45,664 nucleotides of DNA from NCBI RefSeq assembly GCF_000181795.1, contig NW_003526943.1, positions 10,275,284 to 10,320,947 on the forward strand, given 5' to 3'. This document shows, in pieces, positions 31,009 to 43,064 of the stretch (position 1 is its first letter; the number at the start of each line of letters is the position of its first letter). A program made the translations under genes and the position numbers. The notes below the pieces were generated by a model. The model worked only from the letters and a program-made list of their open reading frames with translations. It did no database searches and was not told the origin of the DNA. Origin of the DNA: Trichinella spiralis. Lineage: Eukaryota.

Positions 31009-32316
31009 TATGATCTTTCTAAATTGATTTTAAAGAAAGAAAAGAATTTATGCTTCTAATATTTATACTTCTGACTATTTTGAATAGCGTTTTGTTCATT
31101 TTTTGATGGATTAATGTATCCAGCATGTCCATATTTGTGAAATAAATGCTACTACGATGAGTAAAAGAAAATGTGCGCTTTACTAAGATACTTTCTATCG
31201 CATAGCGATTTTGGGCTGCGATTATTTAATTTTCATCTTACGTCATATGTATGATTTCTTTGTGATATGAAAAGTTGAGTGCAAGAACAAACGCAGATTT
31301 TAATACTTTTTTAGATTTTACTTTAATATTCTTTTTGCAATTTAGCTGCATATGTACATATTTAGACGATTATATTTTAAGAAATTGAAATTTTTTAACT
31401 TCTCATGATTGTCATTATAATTGTTACTTAATGCTGCTTGTTAATTTTGGTTCTTGATACCAATTGTTAATCATATACGTAGCAAATGATAATACTTGCT
31501 TGTTTTGAAATGATGCATTTTCAAAAATGACAGATTTGAAATTTATTATGAGGACAGAGATTACCCAATAACAGTAAAATCGTTAAGAATTGCAAATTTT
31601 GAAACTTTAGCGGCATCAATTCTCTTTATATTGAAAGAAAAAAAATTGTAGTGTAATGATAATAAAATTAATTGCTCAGTATTATTTCTCATAGTGATAA
31701 ATGCACTACAAACTTGGAAAAGCATGCTAACTGTACAAAAATGTAAAACAGCATTCATTGTACTTTCTTAATGGAAAAATATGCCGAAAAGTGAACATCT
31801 TCTGAAAAAACATAATCTTTACAATGAAGTATTCGCTGACTGATAAAATGGTTCTTGCAAAAGCGGTCATCAGCGATAAAAAAAACAGCTTCAATAATTA
31901 ACGTCGGAGTACCCTTTCATGAAGCTTCTGTTTTTCGGTTTCTTTAATATTTTCGTTTCAAGATTGCTATATTTTGAAAGAATTATATTTCTTCAGTGCA
32001 TATTTGAAAAACTGAAACTTTGTTCTACAGTAAATTTGAAATTAAGTAGCAGAAGAAAACACACAAATGTGAACTGTAATTTCATGATGGTGCAACTTTG
32101 TCAATGTTCATAAAATAAATTTTTTTTCGTAATTTCATTTCATACGATAACAAGATTAATTATGTATATTTTACACTAGTTTAAAATGCGTAAAAATAAG
32201 ATCATTTTACTTTAAAGTTGTTGTTTAAAATGATGAACAACATTTTAAATTAAAAATTGTTTAAATAAATTTTTGATATATAAATTCTTTCATTCAAACA
32301 CACCTCAGTGTCAAGA

Positions 32317-32936
32317 ATGGATACTCTCCTAGACAGTATCGTCTATTCTCTGCTATGTTTGGACCTTTTAATCGCATGCATCTTGTTGTTCTACTACTGC
32401 CGCAGGTGAATTTTTTTATTCTGATAATTATAATACTTTCAATTAAAAAATGTTTAATTTTTTAAGTAAGCATTTGTTGTTGAAGTAAATTAAATAATAA
32501 TCTTTCTATGAAATGTATTTCAATTTCTTACTAATATTTAAATAATCTAAATCTAAATAATAATAATTTAGTGCACATCGTATGAAAACAATAAAGAAAA
32601 CTTTATTTTAGAAATAAGGATGACGAGAATGATTTGAATGAACCTGTGGCAGATGCAGTGTCAGTGAACTGTGAGATGGAACAAAGTGCAAATGTATTAA
32701 ATGAAGAATTGGACAGACATGTAGAACAAGAGCAAAAACCAATACAGATTGTAATGTTGGTACAGATTGAACGTGAAAAGCCGAAATCGGGATTATATGT
32801 AGAATATACTGCTGAAATGAAATTTCGAGTCAATGAGGAAAGTGTACAAATGTATAAACCAAGACTGAAGAAAACTGTGAATGTTGCAGATGCAGGAATG
32901 AATGCCGTGCAATCATTCATAATGAAAAGTGAATGA
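32317..32936 (+). CDS. Orphan protein, 137 aa, with an N-terminal hydrophobic (signal-anchor/TM) segment and acidic linker (copy 1)
   Basis: Exons 32317-32405 (MDTLLDSIVYSLLCLDLLIACILLFYYCRR) and 32612-32936 are phase-consistent. ATG, splice sites and frame are retained in copy 2 despite two in-frame indels. Confidence 0.75.
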
Positions 32937-33159
32937 TTCATTCTTTTTTTCTATTACACATTTAATAACTCAATAATAATCATAACTTATTTTGTTAAAT
33001 TTTCATTTTATTATTTCAGTATTTATATGTGAAACACTGCTTCATTTATAAGTTATATAAATTGTTTCTTTTAAATATCATATTTGTTTGCACATTGTAC
33101 TTTCTTAAATAAAATTAATGATCATAGCGTTTACTGTGTTAAAATAACATTAATAGTCC

Positions 33160-33410
33160 ATTAATGGCCATAACACCAATCTCGAAGCAGATGACACAAA
33201 CTGGGCAGTTTCAGATGCAAGGAGTGCAATCTGCCATGTAGACAAGCCATATTTTGTAAGATCTTCATCATTTAAAAATGTTAAATAAACTCATATTGTA
33301 CAATTTAAAAAAATCAATCCAAAGAACGTGCAATGGCAATTTGCATTGAAAATAACGATATATTTACGCGTTTCAATGAAATTGCTGCTCAAGTTGAAAA
33401 TTGTCCATAG
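33160..33410 (+). pseudogene. DNase II-like 3' fragment (end of exon 5, intron, exon 6)
   Basis: INGHNTNLEADDTNWAVSDARSAICHVDKPYF, then the 54-nt-class intron and ...AICIENNDIFTRFNEIAAQVENCP*. No upstream exons are present, and the last acceptor is mutated (TTTAG to TTTAA, ~33308). Confidence 0.88.
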
Positions 33411-33799
33411 TATGATCTTTCTATTTTTTGATTACGAAAAAATCATTTAGGCTTCTAATTATTATGCCTTTGATTTTATTGAAGAACGATAAATGAAAAA
33501 ATGCACTTTATTGTGTAGTTTTATATTTAATACTGATTTCTGATGTAATTTTGCAGACAGTATGTTGTAGTAAGTTTTTATTTAACATATTGTACTTTAA
33601 GGGAAATTGCTTTTTGAATTAACTGCAGCCGGATAGCAAATAGTGCTTATAAAAGTAAAATGATATGGGATTTGTTATTCGAACATGATGTCAGATTGAG
33701 AAAACATGCTTATCAACACATGCTAGAATATTTTAAGAGCTACTGGTTATGTAGTAATATAACAGCCAGGAACGCTATTTTCTTCGTAATACTGTTGAG

Positions 33800-35003
33800 T
33801 TCCCCCCCCCCCCACGGACATTCACAATCCACCTCAAACAATACGAACTTTCTCTCGCGATTGTTTTACATAACTAGTATTATCTTTCTGAAATGTAGCT
33901 CTGGCGGAGATCATCTTGCTATCTTATGTGGTGTATTTCTATAAGACATTATAATTGTTTGGTTACGTCCTCCTCTGATTATAATGAATGAATTCAGGAG
34001 CTGCAAATCTGCAAAAAGTACTGCTCACTAAATCACCGCCTCCATGTCAGGCACGGGAGAGGCTTCTGGTACTTAGTGGAGTAGTCGCAGACGATAAGCA
34101 GATAGCGGTTGCCGCATTCTCTTTTTTTCAAATGGTTCTCTTCATACATTTTCTAATATTTCCGTCCAACACATACTCGTTGAAGCGGTACCCAACGGCT
34201 CAGATCTGCATGGGTGCGCACGCCATTTGCCTGAGGCACATTCCGTGTAGGGTAGGCTTCGCACGTGCGGCACCAGTTTTTGACATCTTTCCATTGCTGC
34301 TGCCAATAAAACCATTGTCAGATCTTTTATAATATTTTTGTCACCCTCAGCTGACTTCTTGTTGGCTGGTTGTGCACCATGCCCAGTATCTCTGTTACGA
34401 CTTACCACTGGGACGAGCTTTCCGGTTCGTACCTAGTACTTCCCAGCCTCGTGTCAGAACTTCTCTTGGTATTCTTATTAGCTTCTGCTGGGTCAATAAA
34501 CTTTAGGCATCTTGCTTCTGTCTGATGGTTTGTCTGGCCGGTCATCTTTCGTTGCTCGATCTTTCACTTTCCGGATCTCAGGGTCGTCATTCTGCCACTG
34601 CTATATCATATTCTCATCTCCATCAGTGATGATATTAACCCTAGGACTCTGTTTCGCACTGTCTACAAGTCTCAAAGATTGGGCATCGGAGTTGTCTATC
34701 TGATTCCCTTATCAGTGCACTGCGTTGAACTGTCATGCTACCAGTTGTTCCAGCCATCGTGCGACATCGCCCTCTGTCTCTAGGAAACAATCTGTTGAAG
34801 CAGATGAGTTGGTACGTTTGGTGCCATCGTGAGTGGCGTTGTCCCACGTGCGTATTTTTACACTGTGTAATTATTACCCAGTAAATACTTATATACTGGG
34901 TTACTTCTTATCCTTGATACGTAATTCCTAAGATTTCTCTAACAACATCAGAGCAGAGAGACGAAGATGAAATTCAGCTAGAAAATAAAGCTGGCACGTT
35001 ACA
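33800..35003 (-). mobile_element. Decayed Ty3/Gypsy LTR-retrotransposon remnant (RNase H C-terminus to integrase)
   Basis: Minus-strand translation gives EGDVARWLEQL..*QF..VH..GNQIDNSDA (~34790-34680; RNase H end) and EILGMVHNQPT...WFYWQQQWKDVKNWCRTC (~34395-34260; integrase Zn-binding). GNRYLLIVCDYSTK (34113-34072) marks the start of the integrase core. There are many stops and frameshifts. RH-then-IN order fits Gypsy. Outer limits are tentative (TGTAAC at 35003; G12 tract near 33802-33813). Confidence 0.85.
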
Positions 35004-35936
35004 TATGCATTTTGCATTACATTTTATTTAATTGTATTTACTATATAAAAACACACTTGAAGGCAATGATGCCAATAAAAATTAATTTTGTTATAAATAA
35101 TTTGCCAACTTTTTCTTAAACCAAACCAAAGTCATTAAAAAAAACTTCAAATATTTTAAATTTTCAGCAGAAATCATTTTTTACGTAATAAACTTTCATC
35201 TCAACGTCGATTTTACTAATAACCTACAATTAATCTTTTCATATCTCGTGAACTAATTTAACTATGCATATATTTTGCAAAATGTAAGAATTATAGAAAT
35301 CAAATAAATAATTGGTTCTCAATATATTGAAAAAGACTGTTTATATAAAAAATTTTGGCAGTACTTTTGATCTGAAAGAATTTATATTCCAAAAATTGCT
35401 CAAAGAAAAACCTTAAAATCATTCAACTAATTTGAAGAAAAATACATGCGCCCATAGAAAACCTTAAACATTAAAAGGGATTTATGTGAAATTTCCTCAT
35501 TGAATAGCAACTGAGCAGCAGCTGTGAATTTTCGTGCAGTTACACTAGTCAAAATTATTAAAAATGTTTTTGCTGATTTCTCTAAATAACTTTCTAGCTA
35601 TTTATTAGAGCATTAACTGATTCAAAACAGCAATTTCAACTGAAATACTATGACAACCGAGCTTCACTTCACGATAGCAACCGCTTAACAAAACCTGATG
35701 CCTAACTTGCTCAAACAATGATAATTATAAACTATTCATGTATATTTTGATAGGAAAAATTTTGCTCATACGATATATTTTATGCATCGTAGGATGAACG
35801 TAGTTACTTTACTCAATTTTTACTTTTAATGCATGCTATTCAAATAATAATTGCAAAATATACTGTGAATATTAGAGTCCAACTAACTGCTTTCATTTAA
35901 TTATAGACTACTTCTGATTTTCTGCTACGGAAAACT

Positions 35937-36497
35937 ATGAAAACATTGTTTATGCTTTCTTCTTTAGCTCTCCTTGCAATTATTGTACAAGGTAAGATCA
36001 TTTGGAATATTTCATCAAAAGTAGCTTTTTGTAAATTATTTTCTAACAAAATTATTTTTGAATAAATCTTCAGGTGGAGAGGAGAGTGGAAAAAAAGTAG
36101 AGCCGTTGCCATGCAAAGACCGCGGTTCCAAAGCAACTTGCAACAGATACATGCAAAAGGACAATTTCCAAGAATTGTGCAAAGAAAATCGACGAATTGG
36201 ACGCTATTTGTGCTGCAAGACGTGTGCAGAAAAGTTGGGAGTTGAAGTTAATGAAGACGGAAAATTCAAAGGTATGATCAGTTTAAAGAAAGTATTTATT
36301 AATCAAAAATTCATTTTGCTTTGATCAAAGATTTTGGAACATTCACATATTATGAGCCAACGTGTCCTGCTTTGGAAGATCGGGGTAATCATACCATTTG
36401 TGAAATGATAAAACATGGATCTGAAGTATACAAATGTGATCAATCAGAAGCACAAGCCGCTTGTGCAAAAACATGCAATTTAAGTTGTGGAAATTGA
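35937..36497 (+). CDS. Small secreted PLAC-like + ShK-like protein, 139 aa (copy 2)
   Basis: Exons 35937-35991, 36074-36271, 36331-36497. Four amino-acid differences from copy 1 by manual comparison (V/I, S/T, K/Q, D/N). All 12 Cys are kept. Confidence 0.88.
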
Positions 36498-38300
36498 CAT
36501 CCCAAAGCTTAATTTTTATAACATAGTACTTTTTGACATTATAGATGCAGAAAAATTCAGTAAAAGATTTTTATAAGTAAAATTTTATAGCATCTATAAG
36601 AATGTGTACACCAGTAGGGTGAATGATATCTTTACTTGCGAAAAGAATTTATTTGAATATAAAATCAATAAAAAGCATTTGCATATTAAATGAATGAATA
36701 TACAGCTTGCAAGCAGTATCAGGTTGAAAAAAAGATTTGCATTTGGGGTAATATTGTTTCTTACCTTTTGTTTTTCTCACGAAATGAAATTGGAATAAAT
36801 TTGAAAAAAATATCTTTCTCTAAGTTGTAGCTAAGAAACAATTAATTCCATGCAGCGATAAAAAAGTGTTCAATACTCACTGTGATATTAATATAACAAT
36901 CAATGAGTTGAATTACCTATTGCTATTTTTAGGTGTAGAAGCAGCACATCTTTTCCAAAATTAAAAATTTAAGATGCAACAAGAAAATATTCTTTAATAA
37001 TTTGAATTCCGTTCCTACATGCCTGTTGATTGATTGATTGATCAAACGCTTGTTTCAGAAAAAATGGCAAACATTATCTAATTTGTTTTCATAGGTAAAT
37101 ATTTGTAAGGATTACCACAATATTGGGCTCACCTAATCACCCAAACATAGATTAAAAAATTTTGAAATTTATTCAGGTGCTTGAGCGTTCTGTTGATAAA
37201 TGATTATACAACAGCTCATATGCAATCATCAGTTTATTAAAGTTTTTTTCTGCATATTGAACAATATGAAATTTATTATTTTTATTGAAATTATTTAGAA
37301 GAAAAATATTTAAATTTATTTCGTACAGTTTAATTTGCGATATTTCAAAGATTTATTGTTTGATGAAAGCGAATATTTTAAAATGTTCAAGTATATTTCT
37401 GATTTACATTTGAAAATAAATCTTGTTTTTCGTATCTTTCTGATACAATTTTTGTTTCTCCTTTTGTTTCAAATTGAGATCAACTGAAATTTTATGACGG
37501 TGTAATTTGATCAGATTTGCAATGCAATATCTAAACAATCAAACTAATTCAACTTTATTTTTTATTTCATGCTTTTTTATTTAATTCATATTAAGGCACA
37601 ATATCGAAATAAGCCATAAAAATAAACATAGGAATATAATGATGCAAAACTGAAAGCTGTGAAAGCATCATAGCAAACTATTTCATTAGCTTCTGAATTA
37701 AATTCCATACATTTTCAGCAAATAAATGTTAAACATGGAAGATCAGTGCGTCCAACATTTTTTTATTCTACATGATTGCTATGCTTGTTTCTAAATTTTA
37801 TAAGGGCAATGCATTATCTATTTGCAGAAACTTATGTTATACATTACCCATGCTGCTAGCCATGTTTTTGTTGTATTATAGAAACCATCAAATGAAATTT
37901 TTTCTTGTATAAATTTAATATATACACATTTATTTTCTTGAAATGTTATACATTTAACTCATATAACTGATTTAATGTTTCTGAAATGGGATGCATATCG
38001 CAAAGTTCTGTTATTTGTTCAATTTTCATGGTATTTATTAATGCTACAAAAATAATGAAGTATAAATACAAGTTACGAATGATGGGAGATGAAAACACTA
38101 CTAAAAAATCAGCTAGTGTAAAGAAAATTAATACATTTGGATTTCATCAAAATTACAGCATTAAGTAATGTTCAGTCCAAAATCCATTGGTATCATTGGT
38201 GTATTTAGTGTAAATATTATGCTGCCGGTTTTAGGGAATAAATATTTGTGACTAATGGCACGATTAACATTCTGCTTCAATTATATTCGATAACGCATAA

Positions 38301-40559
38301 ATGTTGTTAAAATTATCAAATGTGGTTTTAATATTTCTTCTCATAAATTTATCCCATTCACAAACTTCTACATGCCGTACTAATAATGGTGGCAATGAGG
38401 CTGACTGGTGAGACATGAAAATTTTTCAAAAAATGCTTTAGTAGTTTAATTTAAAAAATCCTATAAAATGAAAAGTTGACAATCTTTGAATACTTGGCTT
38501 TCGAGGAATTAGCAATAATGCTATGAGATAATAGGCCCAGTGTAATTATAAACTCTAAAATTAAAATATTATCTTGTACTCTTATAGTCTTTTTATTTTT
38601 TTTAATTCCGTAGATGAAGAAATGAATAAGAAAATTTTTTATGCTTGCAGAAGTAATTTAATAAAGAAAAATATTATGTAGACTGCCGCCTTTAAATGTA
38701 ATCAGAATTAAAGGAAAGTATTTACCCAAAACCACATGAAAACCCGACAGTACAAATTTAGGGCAATAGTATACAAGGCGCCAGCGCAAGATACCGGCAA
38801 AATTATTCTTGCAGGTGCTGTAGGAAATTGGGATAATAGTCAAGCAGCATTTACAGCTGGTCAGGGGCATTCGTTTGCAAAGACACTGGAGCACGTTGTG
38901 GGAACACATGCATCAGTAAAATTTCTTGCATATAACAATGTTCCACCTGGAATTCCCAATGTTAAGACAAAATCTAACAGCAAAGGTGATTAAAGTGATA
39001 TTGATAACTTTTGACAGATTTGAAAACATTTCAAATAAAATTTCATTCTTCTATTACAGGAGTAATAATTCTATCAACTGCAGCAGATTCTGCAGCATGG
39101 GTTGTGCACACAATACCAGGATTTCCAACAGCAAAAACACCCTATGCTTGGCCAGCATCTGAAACCGCTAGAGGACATTTACTGATTTGCTTAACTATAG
39201 CTGAGTCACAAATAAATGCAATAGGTTTGTATTTAAATATGTGAAACAGTTACATTGATTGCAGATACTTTCAGCATTAAGTATTTCAAGAATTCAATGA
39301 ATAAAAAGATTTCATATAGGGATTCCACAGCATGTAATTTAAATAAGTTAATGACATAAAATGCAGAATTGGAAAAAAAGTAATTTGAAAATTATGAAAA
39401 TTACTATCAGTAAAATGATAATTTTGACCAGATAACAAAGTGCTTTTATTTTAAGAACATGAACAAGGGCAAAGACATTCAAAACTAAAATAAACTTAGT
39501 TCTCATCTCTCAATAGTAAAGTCATTAAAAAACTTTTTCTGTTCATTTTCACTTCTTCAGCTGCCTCACTACTGCTAGCACAACCTGTAATACATTACAA
39601 TGATATTCCTGAGACGGAAACTGCTGGAATGCCATATTTTAAAAAATTAACAGAAGGAAAAACTCGAGTTATGCCACCATTCACATCAAGACGTACAATT
39701 CGTACGAAAAATGGCGGAGCTCCAGTAACTGTCCACATTTACAGCAAATCAGAGACGTCTAAATATGGTAAGCATAAACAGATGCATAAATTTCAATGTA
39801 TTTTTTACGGATTTAAATTCATTTTAATTTTATAAAATGAGATTTTTAACACAATAAACTAAAAAATGTAAGATCAAATTTTTGTTTTTGATTTGTGAAG
39901 AACGTCTAAGAAAATCATATTTTAATAACAAAAATTATTGCACAAAAATGTCTGAATCATGAGAACAATAAATATGTGTTGTAATTTCGGATATGACATA
40001 CAAAATTTGAAATGTTTTGCATTTGTGAATACTGAAAATAAGCTTCAAAAATTTTAATTTCAATTACTAAAATGCTATTTATTGTGGTTTTGGCAGAAAT
40101 TTCAATATTGCAAAATATATTCACATGAAACGCAATAAAGAACGGCTAATTGTGCGTAATAGAAATAATTTATTAGAAATGTACAAAAAAGTCATCGTAA
40201 AAGCATTGAAAAAGACAATAAAGGTATGGTCAAGGAGAGACAGTAAACTGAAAGGAGATTGTAGGGTTCCTGAAAGGAATATTCGCTTATTGAAAAGTCC
40301 AGGTGTGATTAATGGTCATAACACCAATATCGAAGCAGATGACACTAACTGGGCAGTTTCAGATCCAGGAAGTGTAATCTGTCATGTAGACAAGCCATAT
40401 TTTGTAAGATCTTGATCATTTAAAAATGTTTAAATAAACTCATATTGTACAATTTAGAAAAATCAATCCAAAGAACCTGCGATGGCAATTTGCATTGAAA
40501 ATAACGACATATTTACGCGTTTCAATGAAATTGCTGCTCAAGTTGAAAATTGTCCATAA
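38301..40559 (+). CDS. Secreted DNase II-like protein, 343 aa, both catalytic His absent (copy 2)
   Basis: Exons 38301-38407, 38762-38985, 39060-39224, 39561-39767, 40177-40403, 40458-40559. Exon lengths are identical to copy 1 and the frame is open. Confidence 0.93.
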
Positions 40560-40833
40560 TATGATCTTTCTATTTTTTGCATAAGAAAAAATTATTTATG
40601 CATCTAATATTTATACCTTTGACTTTATTGAGGAGCAATAAATAAATTACTGGTAAATGAATAAATCCAGCTTTTTGTAGAGCTGTGATGTTCTTTATCC
40701 ACATTTGTGAAAAATACTGCTAACATGAGTGTTTGAAAATGTGCCTTCACTATGTAAGTTACTCTATTGCATAGTGTTTTGTGATGTGATTACTTCATTT
40801 TGATTTTATGTCATAAATCAGATTTTTTTTTGA

Positions 40834-41090
40834 CAGGGGTTTTCTCCAGGGGGAGTTCCACGCAGGGGGGAATTGCATTTTCAGATTCACAGACTCAGAA
40901 TAGAATTAATTGCAGTACTCTGGACGTTTTTGTTCATTAACTATAAGAATAATCAAAGTAAATATACATGTACCAATATAATAATAAATGTAATCTCAAT
41001 ATAATATTTGCATTATTTGTAATGCGTCTTTTGAGCCAAACATACTGGAAAGAGGAGAAAGACGTTCTGACAAACAGTTGCGAAACACTA
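40834..41090. mobile_element. Non-autonomous hAT-like element (MITE), 257 bp, present only in duplication unit 2
   Basis: Imperfect termini CAGGGGTTTTC... and ...GCGAAACACTA. Flanked by degenerate 8-bp repeats TTTTTTGA (40826-40833) and CTTTATGA (41091-41098). The paralogous empty site in unit 1 has a single CTTTGTGA (31258-31265). Confidence 0.7.
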
Positions 41091-42441
41091 CTTTATGATA
41101 TGGAATGCTAAATGCAAAACTTAATGCAGATTTGAACATTATTCTTTGCTATGATTTTGATATTGTATTTGTAAGTTGGCTGCATATGCAAACATTTAGC
41201 AGATCATATTTAAAAAAAATTTTAAACTTGTTATGATTGCCATTATTATTGTTACTAAAATGCTGCTTGTCAATTTTGGCTCTTGATATTTCTCATTCAT
41301 CATTTAAATAGCAACTACTAATGCTTACTTTTTTTGAAATGCTGCTTTATCATAAATTGCAGACTGAAACTTTATTATGAAGAAAGAGAGGAGCTAAATA
41401 ATAATAAAGGCGTAGAGAATGGTAAAGATTGAAATTTTTCTAGCAGCAAATCTGAATATATTTTGGAAAGGAAATTTTGTTGTAGTGTTAATAAAATCAT
41501 TTACTCAGTATTATTTCTCCTAGTGATAAATACAGTGACAAACTTGGAAAAGCATGTAAACTGTGCAAAGAAGTGCAAAATGACACTTATCGTACTCTGT
41601 TAATGGAAAAATCAGTCGAAAAGTCAAAAGTTTTTGAAAAAGCATAATATTTACAATAAGGTATTTGTTGATAATATTTTTTATTATCAATTTAAAATCG
41701 AATGAGCATCTCATTTTCTTATCATTAAAAAAAATTATACTAAATGTCTATATTCAGAGTTCTTTATTCGCGAAGCAATGATTCTAGTAAATCACTTATT
41801 CGTATTTCACAATGCTGATATTTTGATTGCTATAATATAAATTAAACAATAATTTTCAATAATTAAATTTTATTTTTATTTAACATTATGTTGTTTTTCA
41901 TATCAGCTAACTAAACAATTTATTTTGGTTATGCATAATATAATAATAATAACTGGCATGTTTGCATCTTCTTAAAAGTGTATCAATAAAGTTGTTCCCA
42001 TTACAAAATGGCTTTACATACTTTGGAATATGTTTAGTCAACAGTAACGCTTAAAGAACACTCCACTATGTAGTATAGAAAATATCAACAAAACATTTTA
42101 ATATTAATCGCAAGTGATTGTTAAACTCACTTTGTTTTTAAAAGGCAATAAGCACTTGGGATTGATGAAACAGTTCTTGCACATAGACAATGTGAACTGT
42201 AATTTCAGAATGGTGCAACTTATTCAATGTTCATAAAATAAATTTTTTTTTTCGTAATTTCATTTCATACGATAACAAGATTAATTATGCATATTTTACA
42301 CTAGTTTAAAATGCGTAAAAATAAGATCATTTTACTTTAAAGTTGTTGTTTAAAATGATGAACAACATTTTAAATTAAAAATTGTTTAAATAAATTTTCG
42401 ATATATAAATTCTTTCATTCAAACACACCTCAGTGTCAAGA

Positions 42442-43064
42442 ATGGATACTCTCCTGGACAGTATCGACTATTTTCTGCAATGCTTGAACCTTTTCATGGC
42501 ATGCTTCTTGTTGTTCTACTTCTACCGCAGGTTAATTTTTTTTATTCTGATAATTATAATACTTTCAATTAAAAAATCTATAATTTTTTAAGTAAGCATT
42601 TGTTGTTGAAGTAAATTAAATAATAATTTTTCAAAGATATTTATTTCAATTTCTTACTACTATAAATTGTGCATAATTTTGTACACATAGTGTGAAAACA
42701 ATAAAGAAAACTGTATTTTAGAATTAAGGCTGTAAGTAAGGATGTCGAGAATGATTTGAGTGAACCTGTGACAGATGTAGTGTCAGAGAACTGTGAGATG
42801 GAACAAAGTGAAAATGAAAACAAAGTAAATGAAGAATTGGACAGACACGTAGAACAAGAGCAAAAACCAAAGCAGCTTGTAATGTTGATACAGATTGAAC
42901 GTGAAAAGCCGAAATCGGGATTATATGTAGAATATACTGCTGAAATGAAATTTCGAGTCAATGAGAAAAGTGTACAAATGTATAAACCAAGACTGAAGAA
43001 AACTGTGAATGTTGCAGATGCAGGAATGAATGCCGTGCAATCATTCATAATGAAAACTGAATGA
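42442..43064 (+). CDS. Orphan protein, 143 aa, with an N-terminal hydrophobic segment (copy 2)
   Basis: Exons 42442-42530 (MDTLLDSIDYFLQCLNLFMACFLLFYFYRR) and 42722-43064. The C-terminal ~60 aa are nearly identical to copy 1. Confidence 0.75.

Larger units (their letters stand above)
25415..33125 (+). repeat. Tandem segmental duplication, unit 1 (~7.7 kb; three genes)
   Basis: Collinear similarity to 35004-43235 across genes, introns and intergenic DNA. Boundaries are approximate. Confidence 0.9.

Noticed and set aside
32603..32941. Minus-strand ORFs 32603-32941 and 42641-43069, conserved in both units
   Set aside because: Antisense shadows of the plus-strand orphan gene, which has a conserved ATG exon and splice sites.
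33988..34847. ORF-track ORFs 33988-34332, 34142-34408, 34512-34703, 34641-34847
   Set aside because: They are off-frame or antisense readings of the decayed Gypsy pol.
34876..34901. ACCCAGTA/TACTGGGT 8-bp inverted repeat
   Set aside because: Short stem inside the retroelement remnant with no independent support for function.
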